From contig JAUWLP010000001.1 in NCBI GenBank assembly GCA_030613575.1, forward strand, positions 1 through 57,069: a stretch of DNA of 57,069 bases, given 5' to 3'. The stretch's first letter is position 1; every line of letters begins with the position of its first letter. Below the pieces are notes generated by a model. That model made no database searches and was not told the origin of the DNA. It saw only the letters and a program-made list of their open reading frames with translations. Position numbers and translations under genes: made by a program. Source of the DNA: Desulfobacteraceae bacterium (GTDB lineage: Bacteria > Desulfobacterota > Desulfobacteria > Desulfobacterales > UBA11574). Shown piece by piece: positions 36,464 to 45,338 of this stretch.

Positions 36464-36844
36464 TCATTTTTTCTGATACCATCTACCGCTTTGATCCTGA
36501 ATCCATTGGCCGGACCTTGCCTTTTTCGCAATTTGCGTTGCCCGCCGTTTTCCGACTAAGTCAACAGTTGTTCCTTGCTGTTTCGCAATGGCAGAATAGA
36601 CTTTTTCGCGGTCGCTGTTTTCAGCATTAATCACATCTTCTTTTGCCTTATTGTTGCCTATAAATCCCAGGTATCCCTTATTGTTTTCACCGATAATGCC
36701 TTCTGCTTTGAGTGCTTTTATAGCTGGCAGACGCTCTTTCATTCTTGCCTTAATTTCTGCAGATCCGGCAAAGGCAGAAGCACCGGTAATTAATAGAACA
36801 GATAATAGAAGTGAAATCATTGTTATGAAAATTTTTGTTCTCAT
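36464..36844 (-). CDS. ydbL: YdbL-like periplasmic protein (DUF1318)
   Basis: Signal peptide. The C-terminal ...NAENSDREKVYSAIAKQQG...GQWIQDQSGRWYQK aligns with E. coli YdbL as recalled. Confidence 0.8.
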   Translation of the reverse strand: MRTKIFITMISLLLSVLLITGASAFAGSAEIKARMKERLPAIKALKAEGIIGENNKGYLGFIGNNKAKEDVINAENSDREKVYSAIAKQQGTTVDLVGKRRATQIAKKARSGQWIQDQSGRWYQKK

Positions 36845-36879
36845 ATCTCAATCTCCTGATTTTTAATAAAAATATTTTT

Positions 36880-37095
36880 TTATTTTTTTCCGGAAGGTGT
36901 TTCATCAACCGCTTCTTCGTCTTCATCGATGTCGCCGAAGAAATCATCCAGAGCCTTATCCACCTTGATGTTAACATCTATTGTAATATGGATCGGCTTT
37001 ATTTCTACCGGAGCGACTTCCACCTTATGCTGGGTACATGCCTGAGTACTAAAAATAAAAACTGCACATAATAAAACAGCCGCACTTTTTAACAT
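36880..37095 (-). CDS. ynbE: YnbE-like lipoprotein
   Basis: Lipobox-like STQAC followed by VEVAPVEIKPIHITIDVNIKV, which aligns with E. coli YnbE (IEVAAPKEPITINMNVKI). Confidence 0.7.
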   Translation of the reverse strand: MLKSAAVLLCAVFIFSTQACTQHKVEVAPVEIKPIHITIDVNIKVDKALDDFFGDIDEDEEAVDETPSGKK

Positions 37096-37120
37096 AACCT
37101 TACTCCCTTATTTTTTTACC

Positions 37121-39700
37121 TCAATATTGTATCATATCCAACAAATCCTTATAATGTAAAATCTTATCCAGAGGAACCTTAAAGTTTACATCAAGACTTA
37201 TACCATGAAAGACCGAGCCTTTGCCGCCCGCTTCAACTTTTACAAACCCCCCTATCTCCTTTTTATACACAAAGGGCAACGGCCGGGCAGGTTTGCCGTC
37301 GAGTTGCAACCGCAGTAACAGGTTTTCTCCTTCTGTCATAAGATTCAGTTTTACCCAATCGTAATCATAATCTTTCAAGGCTTCCCTTGCAAGCTCTATC
37401 TGAGCATATTGAGGTGTATTTGCCGGGATACCGGCAGTAAGCATTTCTGTTCCTGTTAAACGAATGGTTCCCACTTCTCCGGGAGTGGAAAACAGAAAGC
37501 CGTCTTTAAAACGAATTTTGCCGTTTTTAATTCTAATGGGAAGCCTGCCGTTCACAGTTCCATTTCCTTGAGCATTTACTGCACCGAACTGTTCAAGAAT
37601 CATTGCAAGTTTTAAGCGATCGCAATATAAAATCAGATTGTAATCTTTAATTTTAGGGGAAATTCGCATGGCCTGAGTATACACATTTCCGTCGCACCAG
37701 CCAAAACCGCTCTTTTCAATTAATAATGACCCGGCGGGTTCTATTTGAAATTCGATTTTACCATCATGGATATTCAGTCCACCAAGCGAAGCTTTGTCAA
37801 AATTAAATTCCTGCTTTGGCGCGCTGTGTATTTGGAACAAATCCGTTAAGAACAATGAAGTTTGAATTCCCTCTATGGCAGCGCCCTTTTCTTTGAGCAT
37901 GAGGTTTGCATTATTTAGTTTTACGTTCAAGGAGCTTTTTATTCCTGTATTATCAAAAGTCAAGTCACCGTTTAATGCGAATTCTCCATTAAAGATTACA
38001 CCTTTTGCTGAAGGGATAAATTGCTCCAGATCAATGTCAGATACGGTTTTGTAATCTTTGAGCTCAAAATGAATCTTTGCATCATAATCGTTTGAGGATA
38101 AAATCTCGGCTTTTCCTGTAAAATCAATCGACATGTTCGGAAGAAGACTGCTGATATGCACTGCTTTGAAAACCAGACCCGAACCTTTTTGCTGAACCGT
38201 TCCTTTCAAAGAGCCCATGTTCCGGTTCTTCCACCAAAGCCTCTTTACGGAATATTTTCCTTTTTCACCTGTACCTTTAAAAGGCCATTTCAGCGGAATA
38301 ATTCCACAGATTCCGTCAATCTTTGTTTTCATCTTTGAATCCGTTATGCTGGTATCTTCGAATTTAAAAACGCTGTCAAAGTGCAAAGCCCGGTCTTTTC
38401 CCTCCCGTAGTTTTCCTGCGAGTGAAACCATGGGTATTTTAATATTTGCCGATGCCGTGGTTAAATCCGTATCCGGTGCTTTCAGCTCAAAGGTTGCGAA
38501 TCCTCCCCCCTTTTTCACTGAATTACCAAGACGGGCTTTGCCTTTCAAGGATATTGAGGGTATTTTTATTGTTCCGAATTTTGCGTTTACATTAACATGA
38601 GGTGCGACTACTTTGTAAGTTGCAGAGCCAGTTGCATGTTCCCCTTTTCCGGAAACATTGAATATGATCGGGTTTGAAATAATATCCAAACCGTCGATTT
38701 TAAATTTGCAGTTTTTGGCGGTGCCGGAAATTTTCCATTCTTTCCCTCCCATCTGGTTGATTTCAATTTTAAAGGGACGTTTTTCTTTTTGGGTATTTTG
38801 GAAAGTTTTCAATATAAGATTTTTATAGGCAATTTCGGCATTGCGAAATTGGCAGCAGGCAGATGCAGAAGATATTTTAAAAGGCATGAATTGAATAGAT
38901 GCCTCACCATTTATATCAGCTTTTCCCGATATAGTCAGACCTGGAATCTGCTTTGCGAAATCAGCGAATCTTTCAAGATGAACAGAAGTTGCGTCAAATT
39001 CAAGAAGAATTTGATTTTTTCCCATATAAATATTAGCTGAAAAAACGATTTCCTGGCCCCGGGGATACAACCTCAAAATAGACTCTAATACGTCCCCATC
39101 TGACGTTCCCTGATCCGTTTTTCCCGTGACAATTTCAAGTTCAATAGGCAGCCTTAGAGATTTTTCCTTGAATTCAAAAACGACAACGGCATTTCTGATT
39201 TCCAGATGCCCAATCGATATTGTTCGAGCAGCGTCTGTTGAAGGAGTGGCTGTTTTCCTTGATGATTGAAGTTGTGCTAATATAGGTTTCAAATCGAATT
39301 CACGGATTCTGAATTCTCCATTTTTATATTCGCAAAACAGTTCTATTCCGCTTAAAATCGCTCTTTTTATCTCTTTTTCGTAAAGTCCTTTGGGTGAATA
39401 ATCTATCTGAACTGACGCTATTGAAAGCGCAGGATTCTTATCATTACCGATTCGCACAGACCCTAAATCGGCTCCGAAAAAACCTATTCTGCGAACATCG
39501 CAGGCGTAATCCCGGATTCCTGCTTTGTGAGCTATTTCAGGAATTAATTTGGATTCTACATATGGCGGGATATTAAAATATAGAAAGGTCAGCGTGCAAA
39601 AAAGGATAAGAATAACAAGGAGAAGAGAAAAAGCGAAACCGATTAATTTATGTTTCAAAGACATTTTTTGATTTTTAGGTTTTACAAGCGTGTTACACAT
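37121..39700 (-). CDS. ydbH: YdbH-like AsmA-family large envelope protein
   Basis: About 850 aa with one N-terminal TM and a beta-rich repetitive body. It is followed by ynbE- and ydbL-like genes, as in E. coli ydbH-ynbE-ydbL. The ATG at 39700 overlaps the upstream stop (AATGTGTAA). Alternative start at 39664. Confidence 0.7.
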   Translation of the reverse strand: MCNTLVKPKNQKMSLKHKLIGFAFSLLLVILILFCTLTFLYFNIPPYVESKLIPEIAHKAGIRDYACDVRRIGFFGADLGSVRIGNDKNPALSIASVQIDYSPKGLYEKEIKRAILSGIELFCEYKNGEFRIREFDLKPILAQLQSSRKTATPSTDAARTISIGHLEIRNAVVVFEFKEKSLRLPIELEIVTGKTDQGTSDGDVLESILRLYPRGQEIVFSANIYMGKNQILLEFDATSVHLERFADFAKQIPGLTISGKADINGEASIQFMPFKISSASACCQFRNAEIAYKNLILKTFQNTQKEKRPFKIEINQMGGKEWKISGTAKNCKFKIDGLDIISNPIIFNVSGKGEHATGSATYKVVAPHVNVNAKFGTIKIPSISLKGKARLGNSVKKGGGFATFELKAPDTDLTTASANIKIPMVSLAGKLREGKDRALHFDSVFKFEDTSITDSKMKTKIDGICGIIPLKWPFKGTGEKGKYSVKRLWWKNRNMGSLKGTVQQKGSGLVFKAVHISSLLPNMSIDFTGKAEILSSNDYDAKIHFELKDYKTVSDIDLEQFIPSAKGVIFNGEFALNGDLTFDNTGIKSSLNVKLNNANLMLKEKGAAIEGIQTSLFLTDLFQIHSAPKQEFNFDKASLGGLNIHDGKIEFQIEPAGSLLIEKSGFGWCDGNVYTQAMRISPKIKDYNLILYCDRLKLAMILEQFGAVNAQGNGTVNGRLPIRIKNGKIRFKDGFLFSTPGEVGTIRLTGTEMLTAGIPANTPQYAQIELAREALKDYDYDWVKLNLMTEGENLLLRLQLDGKPARPLPFVYKKEIGGFVKVEAGGKGSVFHGISLDVNFKVPLDKILHYKDLLDMIQY

Positions 39701-40715
39701 TAAAACGGAATGTTATAATATCACCGTCCTGGACCTCGTAAGTTTTTCCCTCAAGTTTTACATTTCCTTTCTTCCTGGCTTGGTGATAGGTGCCGGCGGC
39801 CATGAGGTCTTCATAGGAAACCACCTCTGCGCGTATAAATCCTTTTTGCATGTCTGTATGGATTGCCCCTGCGGCGTCAACTGCTTTGGTCTCTTTTTTT
39901 ACGGTCCAGGCTTTAACCTCATCATTTACCACGGTAAAAAAAGAGATAAGACCAAGGAGTTCATATGATCGTTTGATAACCCTGTCCATGGCAGATGCTG
40001 AAATATTAAACTCAGACAAAAACTCCTCGGCTTCTTCATCGGACATCTGCGCAAGTTCCTGTTCGAGTTTGCCCCTTATAACCGTGCAATCCTCCCTGGA
40101 CGTCAAATCTGCTGCTTCAGGAATAGAGTCATCCTCATCTTCGTTGTTAAACATAACCAGCATGGGTTTTGCTGATAAGAAAGCATAGCCCCTTAAATTA
40201 TGGGTAGATGCAAGATCCGGGAACCTTCTTAAAGGTATCTCGTTTTCAAGATTTTTAAGGCATTGGTTTAAAAGAAAAAGTTCATCTTTAGAAGTCTTCT
40301 TGTCCCGTCTTCTGTCGAGTTCGATATTTTCTAACCTTTTTTCAACCACAACAAGATCGGCTAATATCAGTTCCTGGTCCATGGCTTGAAAATCATGGTA
40401 TGGTTTCGGTTTTTCAAAACCGTATACACCGAAATTCCGGATCACATGAATCAAAGCGTCACAGTCTCTTACCTGATTCCAAATTTTTTGGTCTCTTTTT
40501 TGTCGCATCATACCCGGAAGGAAATATTCTACCTGGGCATAAATAGTTCTTTTGGGTTTATACATTTTGCTTAATACAGCTACACGTTTGTCCGGAACTT
40601 GGATTGTACCGATACGATTTTCTCCCTTATGGCCTTCAGGAAGAATGCTTTGCGTTAATGCTTCAAATATCGTCGATTTCCCCGATCCGGGAAGACCTAT
40701 AATTCCGAGTTTCAT
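39693..40715 (-). CDS. YchF/OLA1-family P-loop NTPase paralogue (divergent)
   Basis: GLPGSGKSTIFEALT P-loop, and a C-terminal YchF-type domain (LISFFTV...KAWTV..G..A..AAGAIHTDMQKGFIRAEV). Confidence 0.75.
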   Translation of the reverse strand: MKLGIIGLPGSGKSTIFEALTQSILPEGHKGENRIGTIQVPDKRVAVLSKMYKPKRTIYAQVEYFLPGMMRQKRDQKIWNQVRDCDALIHVIRNFGVYGFEKPKPYHDFQAMDQELILADLVVVEKRLENIELDRRRDKKTSKDELFLLNQCLKNLENEIPLRRFPDLASTHNLRGYAFLSAKPMLVMFNNEDEDDSIPEAADLTSREDCTVIRGKLEQELAQMSDEEAEEFLSEFNISASAMDRVIKRSYELLGLISFFTVVNDEVKAWTVKKETKAVDAAGAIHTDMQKGFIRAEVVSYEDLMAAGTYHQARKKGNVKLEGKTYEVQDGDIITFRFNV

Positions 40716-40772
40716 CTTGAAGATCCTGCCTTGTTATGGAATAGCCATAATAAAGACGCAAACAGAAAATGT

Positions 40773-41042
40773 TTATTTAAAGTTATAATGCTTTTTTACC
40801 GGCGCCTTAATATCCCAGATACAGGACAAACCTTTTGGGAATGTAACAAAATCGCCCTTCCCGAATTCCACTTTCTCTCCATCTTTTGTTTCAACAATAA
40901 CTTTGCCTTCCAATAGATAGCATTCTTCAGTACTGTCATAATGCCAGTCGAAGCGAGAAATTTCTTTTTCCCATATGGGCCAGGATAAAACATCTCTTTT
41001 TTCAAGATCCTTATCTGTTGGTTTCTTGGTCTCGATTTTCAT
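40773..41042 (-). CDS. Small cupin (DUF861-like)
   Basis: 89 aa. WPIWEKE...FDWHYDSTEECYLLEGKV...GDFVTFPKGL. Confidence 0.7.
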   Translation of the reverse strand: MKIETKKPTDKDLEKRDVLSWPIWEKEISRFDWHYDSTEECYLLEGKVIVETKDGEKVEFGKGDFVTFPKGLSCIWDIKAPVKKHYNFK

Positions 41043-41062
41043 ATTTTTCTCCTTTCAATCAA

Positions 41063-41404
41063 TCAACATGTCAAATGAAAACATGCACCGACTCGTTTTT
41101 TTGGAAAAAGCCGGTTGTAGATTTTGATGGCTTTTTTGTTAGGTTCAAAGATGAACTCAATGGTCTTTTGATGGAGCAATTTGATAAGCTCCTTTTCCGG
41201 CTTCATCAGTCCGATAGCACCGGTGCCGGCGATAATGATTTCGGGATCGGATTTAATGAGTTTATCGATATCATCACTTGAAAGCCTGTGACCGCTCTGA
41301 CGGTGCCAGTGATCCTCTACATGTCCATCAGGATAGATAATAAGGTCTGAAGTATAATTCTTTTCGTCAATAACAAGAAGTCCAAATGAACAGGTTTGAA
41401 TCAC
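41063..41404 (-). CDS. Mth938/NDUFAF3-like domain protein
   Basis: 113 aa with a GTG start. FGLLVIDEKNYTSDLIIYPDG...IIIAGTGAIGLM pattern. Confidence 0.65.
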   Translation of the reverse strand: MIQTCSFGLLVIDEKNYTSDLIIYPDGHVEDHWHRQSGHRLSSDDIDKLIKSDPEIIIAGTGAIGLMKPEKELIKLLHQKTIEFIFEPNKKAIKIYNRLFPKKRVGACFHLTC

Positions 41405-41450
41405 GTTAAGATTTCCCTTCCTGCCTGATGCATTAACTTGATAGCAGTCT

Positions 41451-41639
41451 CTATATTTCTTGATTCAACAATCTTTTCAATAATATATCTTCAATATTTC
41501 GTCGAGCATCTAATACAACTTTAGGTTCACCATTTTGGGTTATTATAACAGGCCGGCGGGTTTCATTGATTTGCTTTAAAAGATTTGCCGCTCTTGACTT
41601 AAGATACGTCACAGGCCTTATATCTGTTTGGATATTCAT
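41451..41639 (-). CDS. Short Phd/YefM-type antitoxin-like protein
   Basis: 62 aa. RPVTYLKSRAANLLKQINETRRPVIITQNGEPKVVL matches the antitoxin N-domain. No toxin gene follows. Confidence 0.55.
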   Translation of the reverse strand: MNIQTDIRPVTYLKSRAANLLKQINETRRPVIITQNGEPKVVLDARRNIEDILLKRLLNQEI

Positions 41640-41744
41640 TATCGGTACCTCCAGTCTTTTTAAAGTACCGGATTAAGACCTAATGTCAAGCCGAAAGTTT
41701 TGAGAATATCCACATGCTAATAAGCCCGTCAAATTTTTAGGCCC

Positions 41745-41767
41745 TTGAGCGGTTTTGACTTTTTACG
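41745..41767. repeat. R1e: solo R1 tail fragment
   Basis: gagcggttttgactttttacgag resembles the R1a/R1b tail ...cggactttttacgag. Confidence 0.4.
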
Positions 41768-41892
41768 AGTTCATCATATTTCAGTTGATAAAAACATATA
41801 ATCTGATATTTGCTTAAAACCGCCTGATAATAGAAAAAATATTAAAAATTATAGTTCTTGTTACAAATCATCCGGAATAGAGGAAAAGAAAA

Positions 41893-42732
41893 ATGATAAT
41901 AGATTTTCATACGCATATTTTCCCCAAAGCCATACGTGAAAACAGGGAAAAATATTTTCCGAATGAATCTGCGTTCAAGCTTTTGTATAGCTCACCCGGA
42001 TCAAAACTTGTAGGTGCAAGAGAGATAGTCGCTTCAATGGATGAACAAGGTGTCGATAAATCGGTCGTGTTTGGTTTTCCATGGAAAACAAAGGAAACAT
42101 TTCAAGCACAAAACGACTATATCATGAAAGTAGTGGCGAGATACCCTGAGCGGCTTATCGGTTTGTGCTGTTTTGATCCGTTTAGCAGGGAAGCTGTTCC
42201 GGAAGCTGTGCGTTGTATAGAAGGGGGGCTTTCAGGAATCGGAGAAATAGCTTTCTATGAATCCGGAATTGATGACACTGCTCTGGGTAGACTGGCCCCT
42301 TTGATGGAAATCTGCCGTGAGAGGGACTTGCCGTTTTTGATCCACACCAATGAACCGGTGGGACATATCTATCCGGGCAAAACGCCGAATACTATGAAAC
42401 AGATTTACAATCTTATCAAAAGATTTCCGGAAAATAAAATCGTTCTGGCCCACTGGGGCGGCGGGATCTTCTTTTTCAATCTTTTAAAAAAGGATGTAAA
42501 AGAGAATCTTAAAAATGTATATTTTGATACCGCTGCATCCCCTTTTCTTTATGATACTCAGATATACAGGTATGCAAAAGAGATTGCCGGCCTTGACAAA
42601 ATTTTATTTGGCAGTGACTTTCCGCTTTTAAAGCCCATAAGATATTTCAAGGAACTTGAAAAAACCGGACTGTCAAAAGATCAGATTGAATCTATTTGTG
42701 GCCGGAACGCTGCAAGGCTGCTTAAGCTGTAA
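41893..42732 (+). CDS. Amidohydrolase-2-type TIM-barrel metal-dependent hydrolase
   Basis: MIIDFHTHIFP..., later HWGGG and the GSDFP motif. Confidence 0.8.
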   Translation: MIIDFHTHIFPKAIRENREKYFPNESAFKLLYSSPGSKLVGAREIVASMDEQGVDKSVVFGFPWKTKETFQAQNDYIMKVVARYPERLIGLCCFDPFSREAVPEAVRCIEGGLSGIGEIAFYESGIDDTALGRLAPLMEICRERDLPFLIHTNEPVGHIYPGKTPNTMKQIYNLIKRFPENKIVLAHWGGGIFFFNLLKKDVKENLKNVYFDTAASPFLYDTQIYRYAKEIAGLDKILFGSDFPLLKPIRYFKELEKTGLSKDQIESICGRNAARLLKL

Positions 42733-42793
42733 TTTCCATAAAATTTAAGCTTACGATACATATGATTTTTTGAATCTGTATACTCAATTTTCA

Positions 42794-43756
42794 TCAGACC
42801 GCTTCGATCGTTGAGGGGGGCTTCGGCGTTATATTGTACGTGATGCTGACGATGCCTGGCACCTCGCGGATAATCTCGCTGGCGAGCTTCTCAAGGATTT
42901 CGAACGGGAGCTTTGTGGGTGTTGCGGTCCGCGCATCGACACTTTCCCAGCAGCGCACCTCGATTTGCTGACCAAAATCACGCTTGTTGTCGCGCATGCC
43001 GGTCACGCGGTCTTCATGAAGGATCGCCATGTACTGGAATGCACCGGTGTCCTTGAGCAACCGCTCGACAACGACGGTTGCCTTGCGGACTGTCTCGATG
43101 CGTTCATGGGTTACCTCCCCTATCACGCGTGCCGAGAGCGCTGGTCCCGGAAACGGAATGCGATCGAATAGCTCGGTCGGAAACCCGAGCGCCTTGCCAA
43201 TCTTTCTAACGCCATCCTTGCGAAGCTGAATGAGCGGCTCAATGATGCGGTAGCCAAAAGCTTCCTGAGGGTCGATCCCGAGTTGTTCGAAAACATTGTG
43301 CTGTCGCTTAATTCCTGCGACCGTCTCATCGATATCGGTCAGGATAGTTCCCTGGAGAAGATATTTCGCTCCGCTTTCCTTGACGATGCGTCCGAATACG
43401 TTTTGGTAGAAGGTTTGGGTAATAGCCTCTCGCTTCTCTTCCGGGTCGGTGATTCCCTTGAGCGCCGTGAAGAACTCTTTGCGAGCATCGACCACTTCGA
43501 TCGTGATGCCGAGCTTTCGGAAAAAACCAGCAACCTGTTCGGACTCTCCTTCTCGCATGAGGCCGTTTTCGACAAAGATGGTCTTAAGGCGATTTCCTAA
43601 GGCTCTATGACCAAGCATCGTGACAGTAGACGAATCGACGCCTCCTGAGAGGGCGTTGATCGCTATTCCGTCCCCAACGGCGCCCTTGATCTCATTAATT
43701 TTCTCATTTATAAAGCGATTGGTGTTAAGCTCCTGCGCGGTGGCCTCCTTACTCAT
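42794..43756 (-). CDS. GMP synthase ATP-pyrophosphatase/dimerisation part only (GuaA subunit-B-like)
   Basis: 320 aa. PP-loop ALSGGVDSST, PFPGPALSARVIGEV, C-terminal KPPSTIE. No glutamine amidotransferase domain. GC is visibly higher than in the flanks. Confidence 0.8.
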   Translation of the reverse strand: MSKEATAQELNTNRFINEKINEIKGAVGDGIAINALSGGVDSSTVTMLGHRALGNRLKTIFVENGLMREGESEQVAGFFRKLGITIEVVDARKEFFTALKGITDPEEKREAITQTFYQNVFGRIVKESGAKYLLQGTILTDIDETVAGIKRQHNVFEQLGIDPQEAFGYRIIEPLIQLRKDGVRKIGKALGFPTELFDRIPFPGPALSARVIGEVTHERIETVRKATVVVERLLKDTGAFQYMAILHEDRVTGMRDNKRDFGQQIEVRCWESVDARTATPTKLPFEILEKLASEIIREVPGIVSITYNITPKPPSTIEAV

Positions 43757-44056
43757 GTGCCAGGCTCCTTTTCATTTTAGAGTTTTTGCATGATGCCTTG
43801 CTAATTTTTATTAAAAACGGAGAGGTTTATATAAAAAATTAATGAATCAAATAAACTCTCGGTAGTCAATCAATTTGATAAGACTTCAGACATTTTCTAC
43901 CGAAAAGAGCTCGACTGCTGGTAGAACTGGAGGAAAAAGCCTGGCGAGAAGAAATTCCGATTGTCGGTGAACTACTGCATATTCTGGCAAGGGTAACTCA
44001 AGCCCATGGATGCAAACCTCCCCGAATTCTTCCCAGGAATATGGGTTAGGGACAAA

Positions 44057-44875
44057 CTATTTAAGACGTAGCAGCGTCCCGCATTCATCCTGAGTTGCAA
44101 CATCAAGTTGTGCATTGCAACGGGTGATTGCCCGGCCCACTTCACTTAGGGCTTTTTGGGGGGTATTGTTTGTTTCGCTAAGATGGGCCAGCATTACATA
44201 TTTTAGCCGGTCATGCTGCACTTGCTTTAAAAGGTTTTTCGATGCTTCGTTGGACAGGTGTCCGGTTCTGCTCTTGATGCGTTGTTTTACAGGCCATGGA
44301 TAAGGGCCGTTTATGAGCATGTCCTCATCATGATTGGCTTCCAGAATTAACAAAGAACACCCTTTAAGATGCTCTTTTACCATGGATGTTGCAATGCCGA
44401 GATCTGTCGCAATCCCGATTTTTGTTCCGTTCTGATTGACGGTAAAGCCGGAGGGATCCTCTGCATCATGGGATATGGAAAAAGGATGTATTGAAAGATC
44501 CTTTATCATAAATGGTGAGCCGCATTCAAAGTTCTTGATCACCCGGATATCTCCAAGCTGTGAAACGGCGGCTTTTTCTGTCTTAGAGCTAATATAAACC
44601 GGCAGGTTAAAACGGCGCGAAAGAACACCCACCCCCTGGATATGGTCGGTATGCTCATGGGATACAAGAATGGCGTCGAGATTTTCAGGATAAAGCCCTT
44701 TTGAGTTAAGGCGACGTTCAATCTCGATTCCCGAAAGGCCGGCATCAATAAGTATTGAAGTCGAACCGCCGGAAACGTAAACGGCATTCCCCCTGCTTCC
44801 GCTTGCCAGTGTGCATATTGCGAGATTATAATCGAGTTCAGATTGCAACTGCTCTGAAAACCAAGACTTTTTCAT
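44057..44875 (-). CDS. MBL-fold metallo-hydrolase (YycJ-like)
   Basis: LASGSRGNAVYV...HEHTDH motif. The ATG at 44875 lies 1 nt after the dut stop. The ORF track extends to 44923. Confidence 0.8.
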   Translation of the reverse strand: MKKSWFSEQLQSELDYNLAICTLASGSRGNAVYVSGGSTSILIDAGLSGIEIERRLNSKGLYPENLDAILVSHEHTDHIQGVGVLSRRFNLPVYISSKTEKAAVSQLGDIRVIKNFECGSPFMIKDLSIHPFSISHDAEDPSGFTVNQNGTKIGIATDLGIATSMVKEHLKGCSLLILEANHDEDMLINGPYPWPVKQRIKSRTGHLSNEASKNLLKQVQHDRLKYVMLAHLSETNNTPQKALSEVGRAITRCNAQLDVATQDECGTLLRLK

Positions 44876-44876
44876 C

Positions 44877-45335
44877 TTAACGCCCCGTATGCCCGAATCC
44901 GCCACTATTGCGATCGGTTTCATCGAGTTGTTTCACAACCGTTAGTCTGGCCTGATAAACCTTTTTAACGACCATTTGGGCAATCCTGTCTCCCCGATGA
45001 ACCGTATAGTTCTTTTCTCCGAGGTTTATAACCGCAATCTTTACTTCTCCTCGATAGTCCGCATCTATGGTACCCGGGGAATTAATAATCCCAATACCGT
45101 GATTTACGGCCAATCCGCTTCTCGGACGAATCTGGATTTCAAATCCTTTGGGGATAGCAATCGCAAAACCGGTGGGTATCAAAGCAATAGCACCTTTTAT
45201 CAGTACAATATCTGTTTCTACGGCAGCACATATGTCCATCCCGGAGGCCCTGGGGGTCATGTAGCGGGGCAGGGGAATATCCGAATCCAATTCCGGTCTT
45301 AAACGGAGAAATTTGATGGAGGGAGAAGTATCCAT
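44877..45335 (-). CDS. dut: dUTP diphosphatase
   Basis: [17 protein letters not shown] and RIAQ motifs. Confidence 0.9.
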   Translation of the reverse strand: MDTSPSIKFLRLRPELDSDIPLPRYMTPRASGMDICAAVETDIVLIKGAIALIPTGFAIAIPKGFEIQIRPRSGLAVNHGIGIINSPGTIDADYRGEVKIAVINLGEKNYTVHRGDRIAQMVVKKVYQARLTVVKQLDETDRNSGGFGHTGR

Positions 45336-45338
45336 AAA

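Noticed and set aside
43880-44040. An open frame of about 55 codons (..RARLLVELEEKAWREEIPIVGELLHILARV..) without a start codon in the spacer after the GMP synthase-like gene.
   Set aside because: It has no start codon and I could assign no family. It is possibly a gene remnant, but the evidence is insufficient.
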